Source of the DNA: Octopus bimaculoides
Lineage: Eukaryota
Direction: 5' to 3'
Length of the DNA stretch: 33,187 nucleotides
Assembly (NCBI RefSeq): GCF_001194135.2
Contig: NC_068982.1
Span: 175,994,317-176,027,503 of the forward strand
Part shown: one piece after another, positions 9,313-21,135 of the stretch
Numbering within the stretch: position 1 is the stretch's first letter
Layout of the letters: each line of letters begins with the position of its first letter
The notes under the pieces: model-generated
Database searches by the model: none
Told to the model about the DNA's origin: nothing
Seen by the model: only the letters and a program-made list of their open reading frames with translations
Program-made: the position numbers and the translations under genes

Positions 9313-10260
9313 ATCAGCGAGATTCCTTAACAACGCTGTTCGAAATAACTTCTTTCTCTTGTGATGAATATGTTGCAAAGTAACTATTTTCAATGTACTC
9401 CGACACTGCCAATAAGCTTTACTTTTGTTAAACCAGTCCTAAATTCTTTTGAAGGGATTAATTTACTAATAAGGTGAAGTGGATCAGTGTAACCTTCACA
9501 CTGCTGTAGAAAACTTTGCTCGTAGAATGCAGAGAAGAATTATACATTCTGGCTATGCAAATCCTGGTGTTAATTCGGACTTCAATTCTATTTATCTGGC
9601 GAATGTGAACTTTGGCAACGAATTTTCTACTCTTCTGACCATTAGCAGTCAAAGCAATGATGTAACCCTAGAAAAACTACGGTGTGGGGTGTGTGCTGAA
9701 ATGTTCCTGGTTTTAAAGGTTTCGTGAAAGGTCTGGTTGGAGGTCCAACCTTCCGAGTTCTTTTACAAGGCCTAGTAAAACTGAAGAGCTGCTTCAATAG
9801 GTGTGTGAATTTGAGAGGGGAATATGTTGAATAAGACCATAATTAACCGATCCTCCTGTATTTTCTTTTACCAAAAGCCAGAAACTTTTCAGCACCTCCT
9901 CATGCATAATCAGTAAATACATCAAGGTTTCAATGAGAGTTTGCAAGGAAATCCTTTCTCGCATCTTATCATATACCTTTGTTACACACGACCACCTTGT
10001 TTCGGAACTGGCTGAGTAATCTAAGCCAGTTGCAGTATTGTCAACCATTTACTGGGACAATATTCATGAGTGATAAATTACAAAATCAGAGTCGTTACTC
10101 TGGACAAAAACCGTAAATATCAAGAATTCTACAGGAGATTCCATGCTGATTGACCATTCGGAGTTTGTATGGAAAATATACAAGTCACCTGTCACTAATA
10201 CCTGGTTGACTAGGTAACTGAGAGAGAAACATCTGTGAAAACTAAACTCTGAAATCAAAT
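9313..10260 (+). pseudogene. Coding-like decayed sequence of unknown family, interrupted by a MITE
   Basis: Strong pyrimidine tract plus AG at 9294-9312. Non-repetitive open segments DQCNLHTAVENFARRMQRRIIHSGYANP...EKL (9482-9679) and IISKYIKVSMRVCKEILSRILSYTFVTHDHLVSELAE*...HSEFVWKIYKSPVTNTWLTR (9906-10214). Confidence 0.3.
9678..9904 (+). mobile_element. Mariner-derived MITE, about 225 bp
   Basis: TIR cores GTGCTGAAATGTTCCTGGTTTT (9693-9714) and AAAAGCCAGAAACTTTTCAGCAC (9873-9895) match about 19/22. The interior encodes the mariner C-terminus WLEVQPSEFF/QGLVKLKSCFNRCVNLRGEYVE*. Confidence 0.85.
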
Positions 10261-10453
10261 AGGACTAGAACTTCTGACAACAATCTTCAGAACCAAAATG
10301 TGACTAAGAAAACTAGTCTTGTTGCTTATAATTTGAACCATCTGCATCTATGATTCTACAAAATACAAAATGCTACTCCAAATTCACAAATGATTTTCCG
10401 ACGGCGAAAACTTAGTGGGATTACAGGACAATTGTTATGCTTCATGCAGGAAT

Positions 10454-10714
10454 TAAAATTAAATGCGCCCTTTTAAAGCCTAGCCAGGCTCATGGGCTCG
10501 GTTTCCCGGTTTCAATGGCGTATGTGTTCCCCTGCTGGACGAGACACCAGCCCGGACACGCAGCGTTACTCATTTTTGCCAGCTGAGTGGACTGGAGCGA
10601 CGTGAAATGAAGTGTTTTGCTCAAGAACACAACGCGGCGCCCGGTCCAGGAATCGAAACCACAATCTTACGATCATGATGCTGACACCCTAACCACTAAG
10701 CCACACGCCTCCAC
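10454..10714 (-). mobile_element. SINE family D, full length with TSD
   Basis: Minus-strand head GTGGAGGCGTGTGGCTTAGTGGTTAGGG...GGTTTCGATTCC, and a 12-bp TSD TCATGCAGGAAT at 10442-10453 and 10715-10726. Confidence 0.9.
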
Positions 10715-10740
10715 TCATGCAGGAATATTATACCATCATC

Positions 10741-11146
10741 TTTTACTTGTTTCAGTTATTGCACTGCGGCCATACTCGAGCACCGCATTGAAGAACTTTT
10801 AGTCGAGTGAATGAATTAACACAAGTACTTTTTGTTTTGTAATAAGCCTAGTACTTACTCTATCGCTCTCTTTTGCCGAACCGCTAATGTTACAAAGACA
10901 TAAACACACCAACATCGGTTGTCAAATGGTGGTGGGAAACAAGCACAGACACAAAGACACATACACATACACATACATGCATACGACGGGAATCTTTCAG
11001 TTTGTATCTATCAAATCTACTGCCTACAAGGCCTTGGTCGGCCCGAGGCTAAAGGAGAAGACACTTGCACAAGGTGCCACGCAGTGAGACAGAATCCCGA
11101 ACCATGTGGTTGGGAAGCAAGCTTCTAACCACACAGCCACACTTGC
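10741..11146 (-). mobile_element. SINE family A
   Basis: Reverse complement of the family A body, with internal (CATA/CA)n. Confidence 0.9.
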
Positions 11147-11579
11147 ATCGCATTTTCTTTAACTACGTGCAGTGATGATATAAAACCAGAATTCAGTAGT
11201 ATACGCTATGTACTCTGGAAAGCGCATAAATCGGTAAAACAAAAATACTGCAAATTTGCCACTTTTAGATTGTCAGGTCGGACATTCAGCAATTTTCGTT
11301 AGGTCATGCTATTTAAGATATGAATGTATTTATTTGTTAACTTCATCGTTGCTGTTGTTGCCGCTTTTCCTATGGTTGTAGTCGTCGTTGTTACTATTGT
11401 CATGATGGCTGATATTGTTATTATGATTCATGTTTTGTCTGTTATAATCATTTCATTGTCAGCAGCAGCACCAACAGCTGTCTATAACAATGTTAAATGG
11501 CGGACACTTTTGTCAGAATATCTTACTTTTAAAAAAGAACCCGTTGATTTAATCAATGGCCACACGCACGCAAACACAC

Positions 11580-11639
<60 letters not shown>

Positions 11640-11990
11640 ACGCAAATGCATAGACACATAGCGAAGACTAGTGTAGCATACTTAAGGTGGTTAAGTCGAA
11701 TATAATTTTTAGTTAATCGAAATGAAAGCATCAATGATAAAAAACAGTCATTATAAGCGTTTATAAAAATTCATTCTCACAAAGGACAAGGGAGAGAACT
11801 ACCAAAAAATCCTATTGCTCAGTAATTAATTTGAATGAAAGGAAGGAAGAGTGAGTTTCATATGTGGTAGACTTGTTCATATCTCGAATCATTGTTTTGA
11901 TCATATTAGAAGAGCTATAAGAGTGGATTTGTGTGTGTTTCTGCGCACGCGGGAAAAACATCCACTGATAAGGGGAAACAAAAACAATTC

Positions 11991-12150
11991 TAATTTTGGT
12001 ACAAGTCCAAAAATTTCGAGACGAATGTGTAAGTCGATTACCGCGACTCCCAGCACTCAACTGCTGCTTATTTTATCGAACCTGAAAGCATGAAAGGCAA
12101 AGTTGACCTCGGTGGAGTATTTAAAATCAGAATGTAAAGAGGAAATTAAA
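11991..12150 (-). mobile_element. SINE family C, degenerate
   Basis: TTTTATCGAACCTGAAAGCATGAAAGGCAAAGTTGACCTCGGTGG core. Confidence 0.75.
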
Positions 12151-12295
12151 ATAACGACATTGGAAAATATATCAAGGGTGTCAACGGTACAAAGAGCACA
12201 TAGCCAAGTGTTAGCTACCATACTTGAGTTGCTGATATTTTTCAATACAGTGAAATTAGTCTTAATGAGAGAAAAAGAACGCATTAGAGTTGATG

Positions 12296-12298
<3 letters not shown>

Positions 12299-12341
<43 letters not shown>

Positions 12342-12548
12342 TTATGTGTGTGCATATATTTGTGTATATATGTGTTTGTATATGTATATATGTATATGTG
12401 TGTGTATACACACACACACATACACACACACACATATATATATACATACATATGCGTGCATGCACATACGTGTATATACATACATACACACATATATATT
12501 TACATACATGTATGTGTATATACATACATACATATACATACATACATG

Positions 12549-12604
<56 letters not shown>

Positions 12605-12610
12605 TATATA
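12299..12610. repeat. Compound (CA)n/(TA)n/(TACA)n microsatellite
   Basis: Read directly; it is the source of several spurious HTHT/YIYI/CVCV ORFs. Confidence 0.95.
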
Positions 12611-12612
12611 TT

Positions 12613-12706
12613 GAAAGCACGTGGCTTAGTGATTAGGGTTTTCGGCTCACGATCGTAAGGTCGTGAGTTCAATTCCCGGCGACGCGTTGTGTCCTTGAGC
12701 AAGACA
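12613..12706 (+). mobile_element. SINE family D head only (tRNA-like A/B boxes)
   Basis: GTGGCTTAGTGATTAGGG...GAGTTCAATTCCCGGCGACGCGTTGTGTCCTTGAGCAAGACA is homologous to the head of 10454-10714 and ends abruptly at the LINE fragment. Confidence 0.8.
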
Positions 12707-13412
12707 TATATACCACACAAGTGCAACGGACCATTGCAGAATGTGTGGAAAAGGGGTAGAAAGCGTGATTCACATTGTTAGTGCTTGTGAAAGTCTTGCG
12801 CAGAAAGAGTACAAGCGTAGACATGACAAGGTAGCCCAAATTCTCTAATGGCTACTATGCCGTAAATATGGATATGAGATTACGGGTGCTTGGTACCAAT
12901 ATACACCGGGAAAGATAATGGAAGAAAAGGGGAATGCAAAAATCCTCTGGGACTTTGACTTCCAGACAGACAAGGCATTAGAGCACCGTAGACCGGGTAT
13001 AGTAACCTTTAGGAGGGACAAACAAGAATACCTAATAATTGATGTGGCAGTGCCAGGAGATCAACATATCATCATGAAAGAAAGAGTAAAGGTTGATAAA
13101 TATGGAGACCCGAGAATTGAGATCGCTAAGATGTGGCAGCTACGAGAGTCAAACATAAAGGTTATCCCTATTGTCATCGGATCACTGGGTTCAATATTAC
13201 TCAATCTGAAAAAAAAAACCCACCTGAAAACCTTAGAAATATCCTACAATCTAGTTGTATTACAAAAGTCGGTATTATTTGGAACTGCACGCATATTGCG
13301 TAAAGTACTGTCTGTCTGAGGTCCTTGTTGTGACTTGACAAACAGTACAACCCCCCGGTAGACACAATATCTTCAATTAACAATCTTACGATAATGTATA
13401 CTGTGCGACGTC

Positions 13413-13413
<1 letters not shown>
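12707..13413 (+). mobile_element. RLE-type (R4/Dong-like) non-LTR retrotransposon, 5'-truncated 3' end
   Basis: Single frame from 12717: CRMCGKGVESVIHIVSAC (CCHC knuckle), YKRRHDKVA, stop at 12846-12848, then ORF 12918-13319 with KILWDFDFQTD, RRPGIV (PD to PG), IIDVAVPGD, KYGD, VIPIVIGSLG. The 3' UTR abuts (TAA)n. Confidence 0.92.
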
Positions 13414-13414
<1 letters not shown>

Positions 13415-13490
<76 letters not shown>

Positions 13491-13515
13491 AATAATGATG
13501 ATGATGATGATGATG

Positions 13516-13564
<49 letters not shown>

Positions 13565-13609
13565 TAATAATAATGATAATAATAATAATAATAATAATGA
13601 TAATAATAA
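13415..13609. repeat. (TAA)n/(TGA)n microsatellite
   Basis: Read directly; a second tract lies at 13791-13846. Confidence 0.97.
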
Positions 13610-13787
13610 AACTAATACAAATAACCACAAAACACGAGCAAAACAAAAAACTGTTTTCAGTATTTAAAGAAGCTGACAAATACAAACAAGAAGTCATACT
13701 ACCTAACAGATATGAAGAAGAAGAAGAAGAAACAACAAAAGCTATAAAACGGTAGTGAAGTGAAAGCACCTTATAAAAATAAAACTA

Positions 13788-13790
<3 letters not shown>
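13610..13790 (+). mobile_element. Probable second RLE-LINE fragment (post-RT region) embedded in (TAA)n
   Basis: LIQITTKHEQNKKLFSVFKEADKYKQE resembles the 'L..V..HE..K..YS..K.A' segment that follows RT in these elements; (TAA)n on both sides. Confidence 0.5.
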
Positions 13791-13840
<50 letters not shown>

Positions 13841-13843
13841 TAA

Positions 13844-14692
13844 TAATTCTTTTTAATTTTGGTACAAAGTCAGCACTTCTGAAGGAAGGAGGCAAATCGA
13901 TTACATCGACACCCGTACTTGACTGGTACTTTATTTTATCGACCCAGAAAGGATAAGTTGGACTTTGAACTCAGAACTAAAGAGCCCCGAATAAATGCCG
14001 CTAAGAATTTTGTTTGGCGCACTTAACGAGTTTGCATGCTCGATGCCTTAAACAGCAATAGCTTTTTGCCACAGGCACAATTTTGGTGGGAGGAGCTGTT
14101 CGATAGTACTGACTCACGTGCTTGACTGAGACCCCGTAAAGATCAAAGGCATTGTCGATCTTGGCGGAATTTGAACTCAGAATGTAAAGACGGAAGAAAT
14201 GCCGCTAAGATTTTCGCCCGGTGTTCTAACGATTCTACCAGCTCACCGCCTCCATAACAATCCTTACTACTAAAGGCACAAGACTTGGAAATTTTGGAGC
14301 GATCACTGGTACTTAATTTATCGACTCCAATAAATTAAGTACTTGACTGGTACTTCATTTATCGACTCCGAAAGGATGAAAGGCAAAGTCATTCTCGGCA
14401 GAATATGAACTCGAACGTAAGGATGGACGCAAGCATTTTGTCCGGCATGCAAATAGTAATAATAATTATAATAATAATCCTTTCTACTATAGGCACAAAG
14501 CCTGACATTTTGGGGCGGAGCATAGTCGATGACATCGACTCCAGTAATCAACTGTTACTTATTTTATCGACCACGAAAGGATGAAAATTAAAGTCGACCT
14601 CGGCGGAATTTGAACCCAGAACGTAAGGACGAGTGAAATACCGCTTAGCATTTTTCCCGGTGTGCTAACGATCCTGCCCGCTCGCCGCCTTA
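13844..14692 (-). mobile_element. Head-to-tail array of four SINE family C copies
   Basis: Units at about 13844-14050, 14057-14251, 14256-14453 and 14475-14692, each with an ATCGAC..GAAAGGATGAAAGGCAAAGTC-type core and GAATTTGAAC-type B box, separated by short AAT-rich spacers. Confidence 0.88.
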
Positions 14693-15215
14693 TTAATGAT
14701 AATAGTGATGATAATAATAACCACCTCCACTTACCAACGAACAACGAATACCACAAAATATTTTAATAGAAATTTGATTGCGGTTAGGTACATTTCATAA
14801 ACAAAACAAGCAAAAAAAAAAATCTATTTGTAAGTTCCATTAGATATTACATTGCTAAACGACTACATAATATAATTAATTCAAATTCTGCACCTGCCTG
14901 TAACTGTGCCAATAGCAATAATTGCTCGGTTGATGTTAAATGTCTGCCGAAGACATTAGTGTAATATGCTAAAGTACACCTGGAAATCAATTTTAACCCA
15001 AGTAATATAATATAATGTAATGTAATATAATATAATATAATATATTATAAGACATATATATATATGTGTGTATATATATATATATCCACACACGCACACT
15101 CATATACTGATAACTATATGAATACTCAAACAAATATGTATGCGTATATACACACATATACAAACACACACACGCAAACACACACACACACACACATACA
15201 CACACACACACACAT

Positions 15216-15258
<43 letters not shown>

Positions 15259-15283
15259 CATCTTTGTGTGTGTGTTTATATAT

Positions 15284-15410
15284 AGGCGCAGGAATTGCTG
15301 TGTAGTTAAATTTGTTTTGCAATGAACTTGACTAAACTTTGGCTTGAATTCTAATTCCTGTCACCTTGGACAAACATCTACTATAGCCCCAGATCGAACA
15401 ATGCCTTCTC
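15284..15410 (+). mobile_element. Degenerate SINE family A head
   Basis: GGCGCAGGAATTGCTGTGTAG...CACCTTGGACAAACATCTACTATAGCC resembles the family A 5' region. Confidence 0.55.
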
Positions 15411-15604
15411 ATACATACATACATACATACATACATACATACATACATACACATACATCAAGTTGAATCAAGAGTGTTTTTCGGATTCTCATTGATGATT
15501 TTTTAGCAACTTGTATCTTTATGTCATATCACTAATTGTATGTAACTTGTCCAATCGATGCTGATGTGTTTGTTCCTCATTTTACAATTTTGGTATTAAG
15601 TATT

Positions 15605-16260
15605 GAAAAAACTGCTATTAGAGCCACTTCACGCAACCTGTGGAAAAAAAGGACAGAGTGCAAAGCAGCAGCAAAAGAAATTAATGATGTGGAAGTCTCG
15701 TGAACTGTCAAAGAACGTGTGGCACAAAACTGGTTGAGATGTTTCAAGGAATGTGACACTAGTCTTGAAGACAAACCAAGGTCAGAAAGAACTTCTACCG
15801 TGAAAGATAAGGCCTTGCTTGAAATGGTTGAATAACAGCCAAGCACAAGCAATCGCACATTGTCGTCAGAACTTGGTTCTTCACAAAGCGTTATCAATAG
15901 ACACCTTGTGGACAGACGCTCATTATTAATAAACATCTTGTGGACAGACGAAGTTCCTCACGAAGTGACAAACTACCACGCTCAACAATTACTGGAAAAT
16001 TCTCGAAATGCCTATCTTTGGAATCAGACAATGGGTAGATCTTCAACAGAGTTGCTCCCCACTACATTAACACATTGACGAGAAGTTTATTTTCCCAGAA
16101 GTTAGTATACATGGAGAACTTCCAAACCGCATACCCGAAGACAAAAAAAAAACAAAACGAAAGAAAAAAAGGAAGATAATCTGATTCAGCCTTCCATGTA
16201 ACCTGGAAATTTGCGCCAATCTAACTTCCTGTCGTTCATTAAGAAACTTTTCTCCAGGGG
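15605..16260 (+). mobile_element. Decayed mariner transposase fragment, different subfamily
   Basis: IRATSRNLWKKRTECKAAAKEINDVEVS*TVKERVAQNWLRCFKECDTSLEDKPRSERT...SSELGSSQSVINRHL is a mariner N-terminal HTH region. The part beyond about 15960 is weakly alignable and the end is approximate. Confidence 0.8.
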
Positions 16261-16901
16261 ATATAAGTACTATAAGCTTTTCAACACAATTAATGCCAAA
16301 GTGAGATAGTCTTGCTTAGACAACGTTGCTCGTGACATTGCACGCTACAACAAACGCAAACATGCACCTGCATAACATCTAACCTCAATCTGTAATGTGG
16401 TGCGCTCTTGATTTTTTTTTTATTTCAAGAACTACGACCGAAGCAGCTGAAACTCCCCGTGTCCATCAAATTCCTAGATCCTGGTGCGAAAGAATAGTAC
16501 AGAAGTTGCTACTGGAACTAATACACAGACGTCCACAATCACAGACACATACGCACACGTACATGCATACACATAAATTCACATTCACGCATACACACGT
16601 ACACATATAGATTTAAATACATACGCTGTATTTGAGGAACTGGGTAGAATGATAATAAATGTGCAATTGAAACACTTTTATTAAATTAGAAACAAACATT
16701 GAAGATGGCCAATAATCCATTTAGGTATTTTTAGAATTGATATAAAATATTATTTATAGCATGGCTTATTTCCTTTTTCTGATAATATTGTACTAGACTC
16801 GTTCACGCAAAGATACACATAAGAAATTACACATGATTATTCTCGTGTGTGCATTTGTCTGGGACAGTGCGTGTGTTTATGTGCACGCGCAGTATGTTTG
16901 C

Positions 16902-16948
<47 letters not shown>

Positions 16949-17348
16949 TGAGAGAGAGAATGAGAGAGAGTGAGTGAAAGAGAGAAAGAGAAGGAATGGG
17001 GTAATGTATGTAAACTTCGGTTAACCATCATACGGCTCTAGATTTTCTTTATGATGACGTCATCTCGATCCAAGTCTGAGTTAAGATGAGTAAAAGGAAG
17101 TGTGTGGAAACTCATTTTGAGTACTGAGGCTGTAATTCAAAGCACAACCTTATCACAGGCAATCACGTCTGTAATTTCAATCAAGTAAGCATTCCTTTGG
17201 ACACTGAGCTAGGTCTCTTAGTTTGGTGATACCACCCTTTCACTAATGGTGGAAGCTCTGAAAAGGGTCATAAGCACTTCTATATCTCCATGAGTAAGCA
17301 ATAAAGAAAATGTATGGCTGCCTACACATAACCGTTTCTATTTGGAAT

Positions 17349-17731
17349 TGTTGGCACTCCGTCGCTTACGACGTCGAGGGTTCCAGTTGATCCGATCAAC
17401 GGAACAGCCTGCTCGTGAAATTAACGTGCAAGTGGCTGAGCACCCCACAGACACGTGTACCCTTAACGTAGTTCTCGGGGATATTCAGCGTGACACAGTG
17501 TGACAATGCTGACCCCTTTGAATTACAGGCAGAACAGAAACAGGAAGTAAGAGTGAGAGAAAGTTGTGGTGAAAGAGTACAGCAGGGTTCGCCACCATCC
17601 TCTGTCGGAGCCTCGTGGAGCTTTAGGTGCTTTCGCTCAATAAACACTCACAACGCCCGGTCTGGGAATCGAAACCGCGATCCTATGACCGCGAGTCCAC
17701 TGCCCTAACCACTGGGCCATTGCGCCTCCAC
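17349..17731 (-). mobile_element. SINE family B, full length with TSD
   Basis: Reverse complement of 6142-6527, with a 12-bp TSD TCTATTTGGAAT at 17337-17348 and 17732-17743. Confidence 0.95.
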
Positions 17732-18470
17732 TCTATTTGGAATAAGGAGACAATGACATCAGCCAAATCCCTCTAAAATCGGATAATACATCTTAAAAGC
17801 GAACGATACATTGTCTACTGTAGTCATATATAAGTGGATATTGCTATCTCGAGTCCTAGGACTTGTAGAACCGATTACTCGGTTTCCATGGCGTATAAGT
17901 GACCGAACCAGCAATAATTCCTCTGGACGAAACGCTGTCGCAGTATCATTATTTAAATTTCTAGTAATATATATTTCCATTGCATTACTCCGAATATAGG
18001 CTCCTTAATCTCGATTAACGCGGCTCATCTACCAGAACCTACTTTGCGACAGAGAACGCTGTTGAATCGCTCTCAGAATGCTTCCAGAACTGAAACACGA
18101 TCTTCAGAATACGGTGTTCAGGAATTCGATCGTGAAGTTTAGGACGGGAAGAACAAGTTCGGAGAAAAATTCATAACAGCTGGATACTATCTAGGAGAAA
18201 TAAAGTATAAAAATTCAAGTTCATGCAAATGGTAGGAGCTGTCTATGGAACAAATTTCAACATATGAATATAGTGGGGAGCTTTAAGCTGTCGCTGTATC
18301 ACTCGTGATTACGTTAGCATGGTCACAATCTTAGAAAGGTCAGAAGGTTGAAGAAAGCATACTTCTAACAATACCATTGTGTATAACAACCAAACGAGAT
18401 AACGATAAAGAATCTGCAGCGTCATTTGACCTGAGAGAGATAATAAAGAAAACCTTAAAATCACGCCCTA

Positions 18471-18676
18471 CTCTTTTACTTGTTTCAGTCATTTGACTGC
18501 GGTCATGCTGGAGCACCGCCTTTTAGTCGAGCAAATCGACCCCAGAACTTATTCTTTGGAAGCCTAGTACTTATTCTATCTGTCTTTTATGCCGAACCGT
18601 TAAGTTACGGGGACGTAAACACACCACCATCGGTTGTCAAGCGATGCTGGGGGGACAAACACAGACACACAAACAT

Positions 18677-18717
<41 letters not shown>

Positions 18718-18896
18718 AACACACACATATATATACGACGGGCTTCTTTCAGTTTCCGTCTACCAAATCCACTCACAAGGCTTTCGTCGGCCCGACGCTA
18801 TAGTAGAAGACACATGCCTAAGGGGCCACGCAGTGGGAATGACTCCGGAACCATGTCGTTGGTAAGCAAGCTACTTACAACACAGCCACTCCTACG
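18471..18896 (-). mobile_element. SINE family A
   Basis: Full family A body in reverse, with a long internal (CA)n. Confidence 0.92.
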
Positions 18897-18970
18897 TTTA
18901 GATTTGAACAATATTATCCAGATCACGTCTACTCAATCAGGGTCCACATAAGGTAGATATGACACGCGCG

Positions 18971-19025
<55 letters not shown>

Positions 19026-20463
19026 CAACACATGTACACACACATGCACACACACTTGAAGAAATCTCAAATACATAGACTCGACAGAATATTTTAGTGC
19101 CAGACATAATACAAAGAAATAACTGAACCACAAATACAGCTGCTAGAAGCAGTAGATAAACCGCTCTCAAATGATACCCTGCTACCTAAAATAGAACACA
19201 TGTTAGATTCTAATAAATAAATAAACATAGATAAAATTAATATCTCGACAGCATGGTTCAGATGGAATACTTTTGATTGTGCAGGGAAGACCCGGTGCTA
19301 TGAAAGAAAAAGGATTACTCCTAAGTCAGTATATATAAATCAATCTATGTATGTGTGTAGTCGATTTGTGTCGCTAGACAAAGAGGATTTATCTGTTCAA
19401 TCAACTGAATTATTTGCTTCTCAACTACCGTTTAAGTGACTGTGCATTCCATACACGTACATTCAACGTATTTCTGATACAGAATCAGTGCGACCTAACA
19501 TGTGTATGAGAACTGTTCCTTTTGCGCTCTAGGTACAGTCCATACGTCGGTGATTTTTTGCAATTTCTGTTTTCCCAATTTCGCCCATGATGTCATAGAA
19601 AATGACTTTCGCCCAATATGCCATGCAAAATAACCTTATGACTGTGAAGCAAACATTCGGACATACTGCTTCTAACACAAAATTAGAATGTGTGTGTGTG
19701 TGTGGTTGTGTGTATGTGTACATGTGCATGCGTGCGTAAATGAATAAACTGCTGTTGTCATTCATATCCATTTCTGATAGACTGATAGATTGACCATTTG
19801 GTCAAAGGATCATTTATTTTGGATATTCTGAAGAGAAAAAAAATTATACAACTTTAAAAAAGAAGAAGTAGATTACGAATTGAGGGTGATTTGACTGCTA
19901 TTTCTTGAAGATGCTACCCTGATATTACGCCAAAAAGAACAAAAAAAAAAGAAAGAGAAAAAGAATCTATATTTCGTATCAATTTATCATCGAGATTCTA
20001 CCTCGCTGTAGCTTAAGGCGAGACATACATATCTGTTGATTTGCTATATCTCGACAACATTGCATCAGCTTGATTCCATATCTCTTAGCACTACATCATG
20101 TATGTTGTGTTTGTATAGAATCGATGTACAATGCGGTACGTCTAGACCTCTAGACTGAACTTATGTCTCAATTTCAATCTTTGTTACTCGGATACTTTAG
20201 CATCGCAGCTCGTACAGAAACATTCAGTACATTCAGGACACGCGCGCGCGCGTACCTACGTATAAGAAGATGGATCTTGCTTTTTTTCAATTGCGAAATT
20301 TGAAGAATAGAAACAGAGAAGAGAAATGGTATCATACATGCATTTGTGCATATCCTGGGCACTATGTAAACAAGAGATTTCCATTAAAGTTAAGAAATAC
20401 TGTGTTTTCCTAGAACAAAGCAAAATAACTGACTTCCTTGAAATCCAATAAGTTAATAGTACA

Positions 20464-20620
20464 GCGTGGCAGGGTGGTAAGAAGCTTGCTTTCCAACCAC
20501 GTGGCTCCGGGTTCAGTCCACTGCGTGACACTTTCGGCAAGTGTCTTCCCCTATAGCATCGGGTGAACCAAAGCCTTGTGAGTAGATTTGGTAGATGGAA
20601 ACTGAAAGAGGCCCGTCGTG

Positions 20621-20673
<53 letters not shown>

Positions 20674-20874
20674 GTGTGTTTGTCTCCCACCACTGCTTGA
20701 CAACCGGTGATAGTGTTTACGTTCCCGTAACCCAGCGGTTTGGCAAAAAGGGAAGGATAAAATAAGTACTAGGCTTAAAAAAACAAGTCCTGGTGTTGAT
20801 TTGTTCGAGTAAAACCCTTCAAGGCATTGCTCCAGCATGGCCGCAGTCATATGGCTGAAGCAAGTAAAAGAAAA
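20464..20874 (+). mobile_element. SINE family A
   Basis: Head GCGTGGCAGGGTGGTAAGAAGCTTGC...GGGTTCAGTCC, internal (TA)n(TG)n, tail CAAGTAAAAGAAAA. Confidence 0.9.
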
Positions 20875-20898
20875 TCTAAAAGATATATNNNNNNNNNN

Positions 20899-20955
<57 letters not shown>

Positions 20956-21135
20956 AACTACAAAGAGATAGATTAAACTCGTTACCAGACATAATATGGA
21001 AACTTGGAGCATTATGGATCGCATTGGACAATTCTGAAAAGCAAATCTTCATATGGTAAGTATTTCTTGAGTAAGTCATCTTACCGCTATGCTTATTTAA
21101 CGAGTTGAAATTAAGGAAACTTCTCGAAAAGGCTC

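Noticed and set aside
13844-14692. Regularly spaced repeats as a CRISPR-like array
   Set aside because: The units are about 200-bp diverged SINEs in eukaryotic DNA, with no short identical repeats, unique spacers or cas genes.
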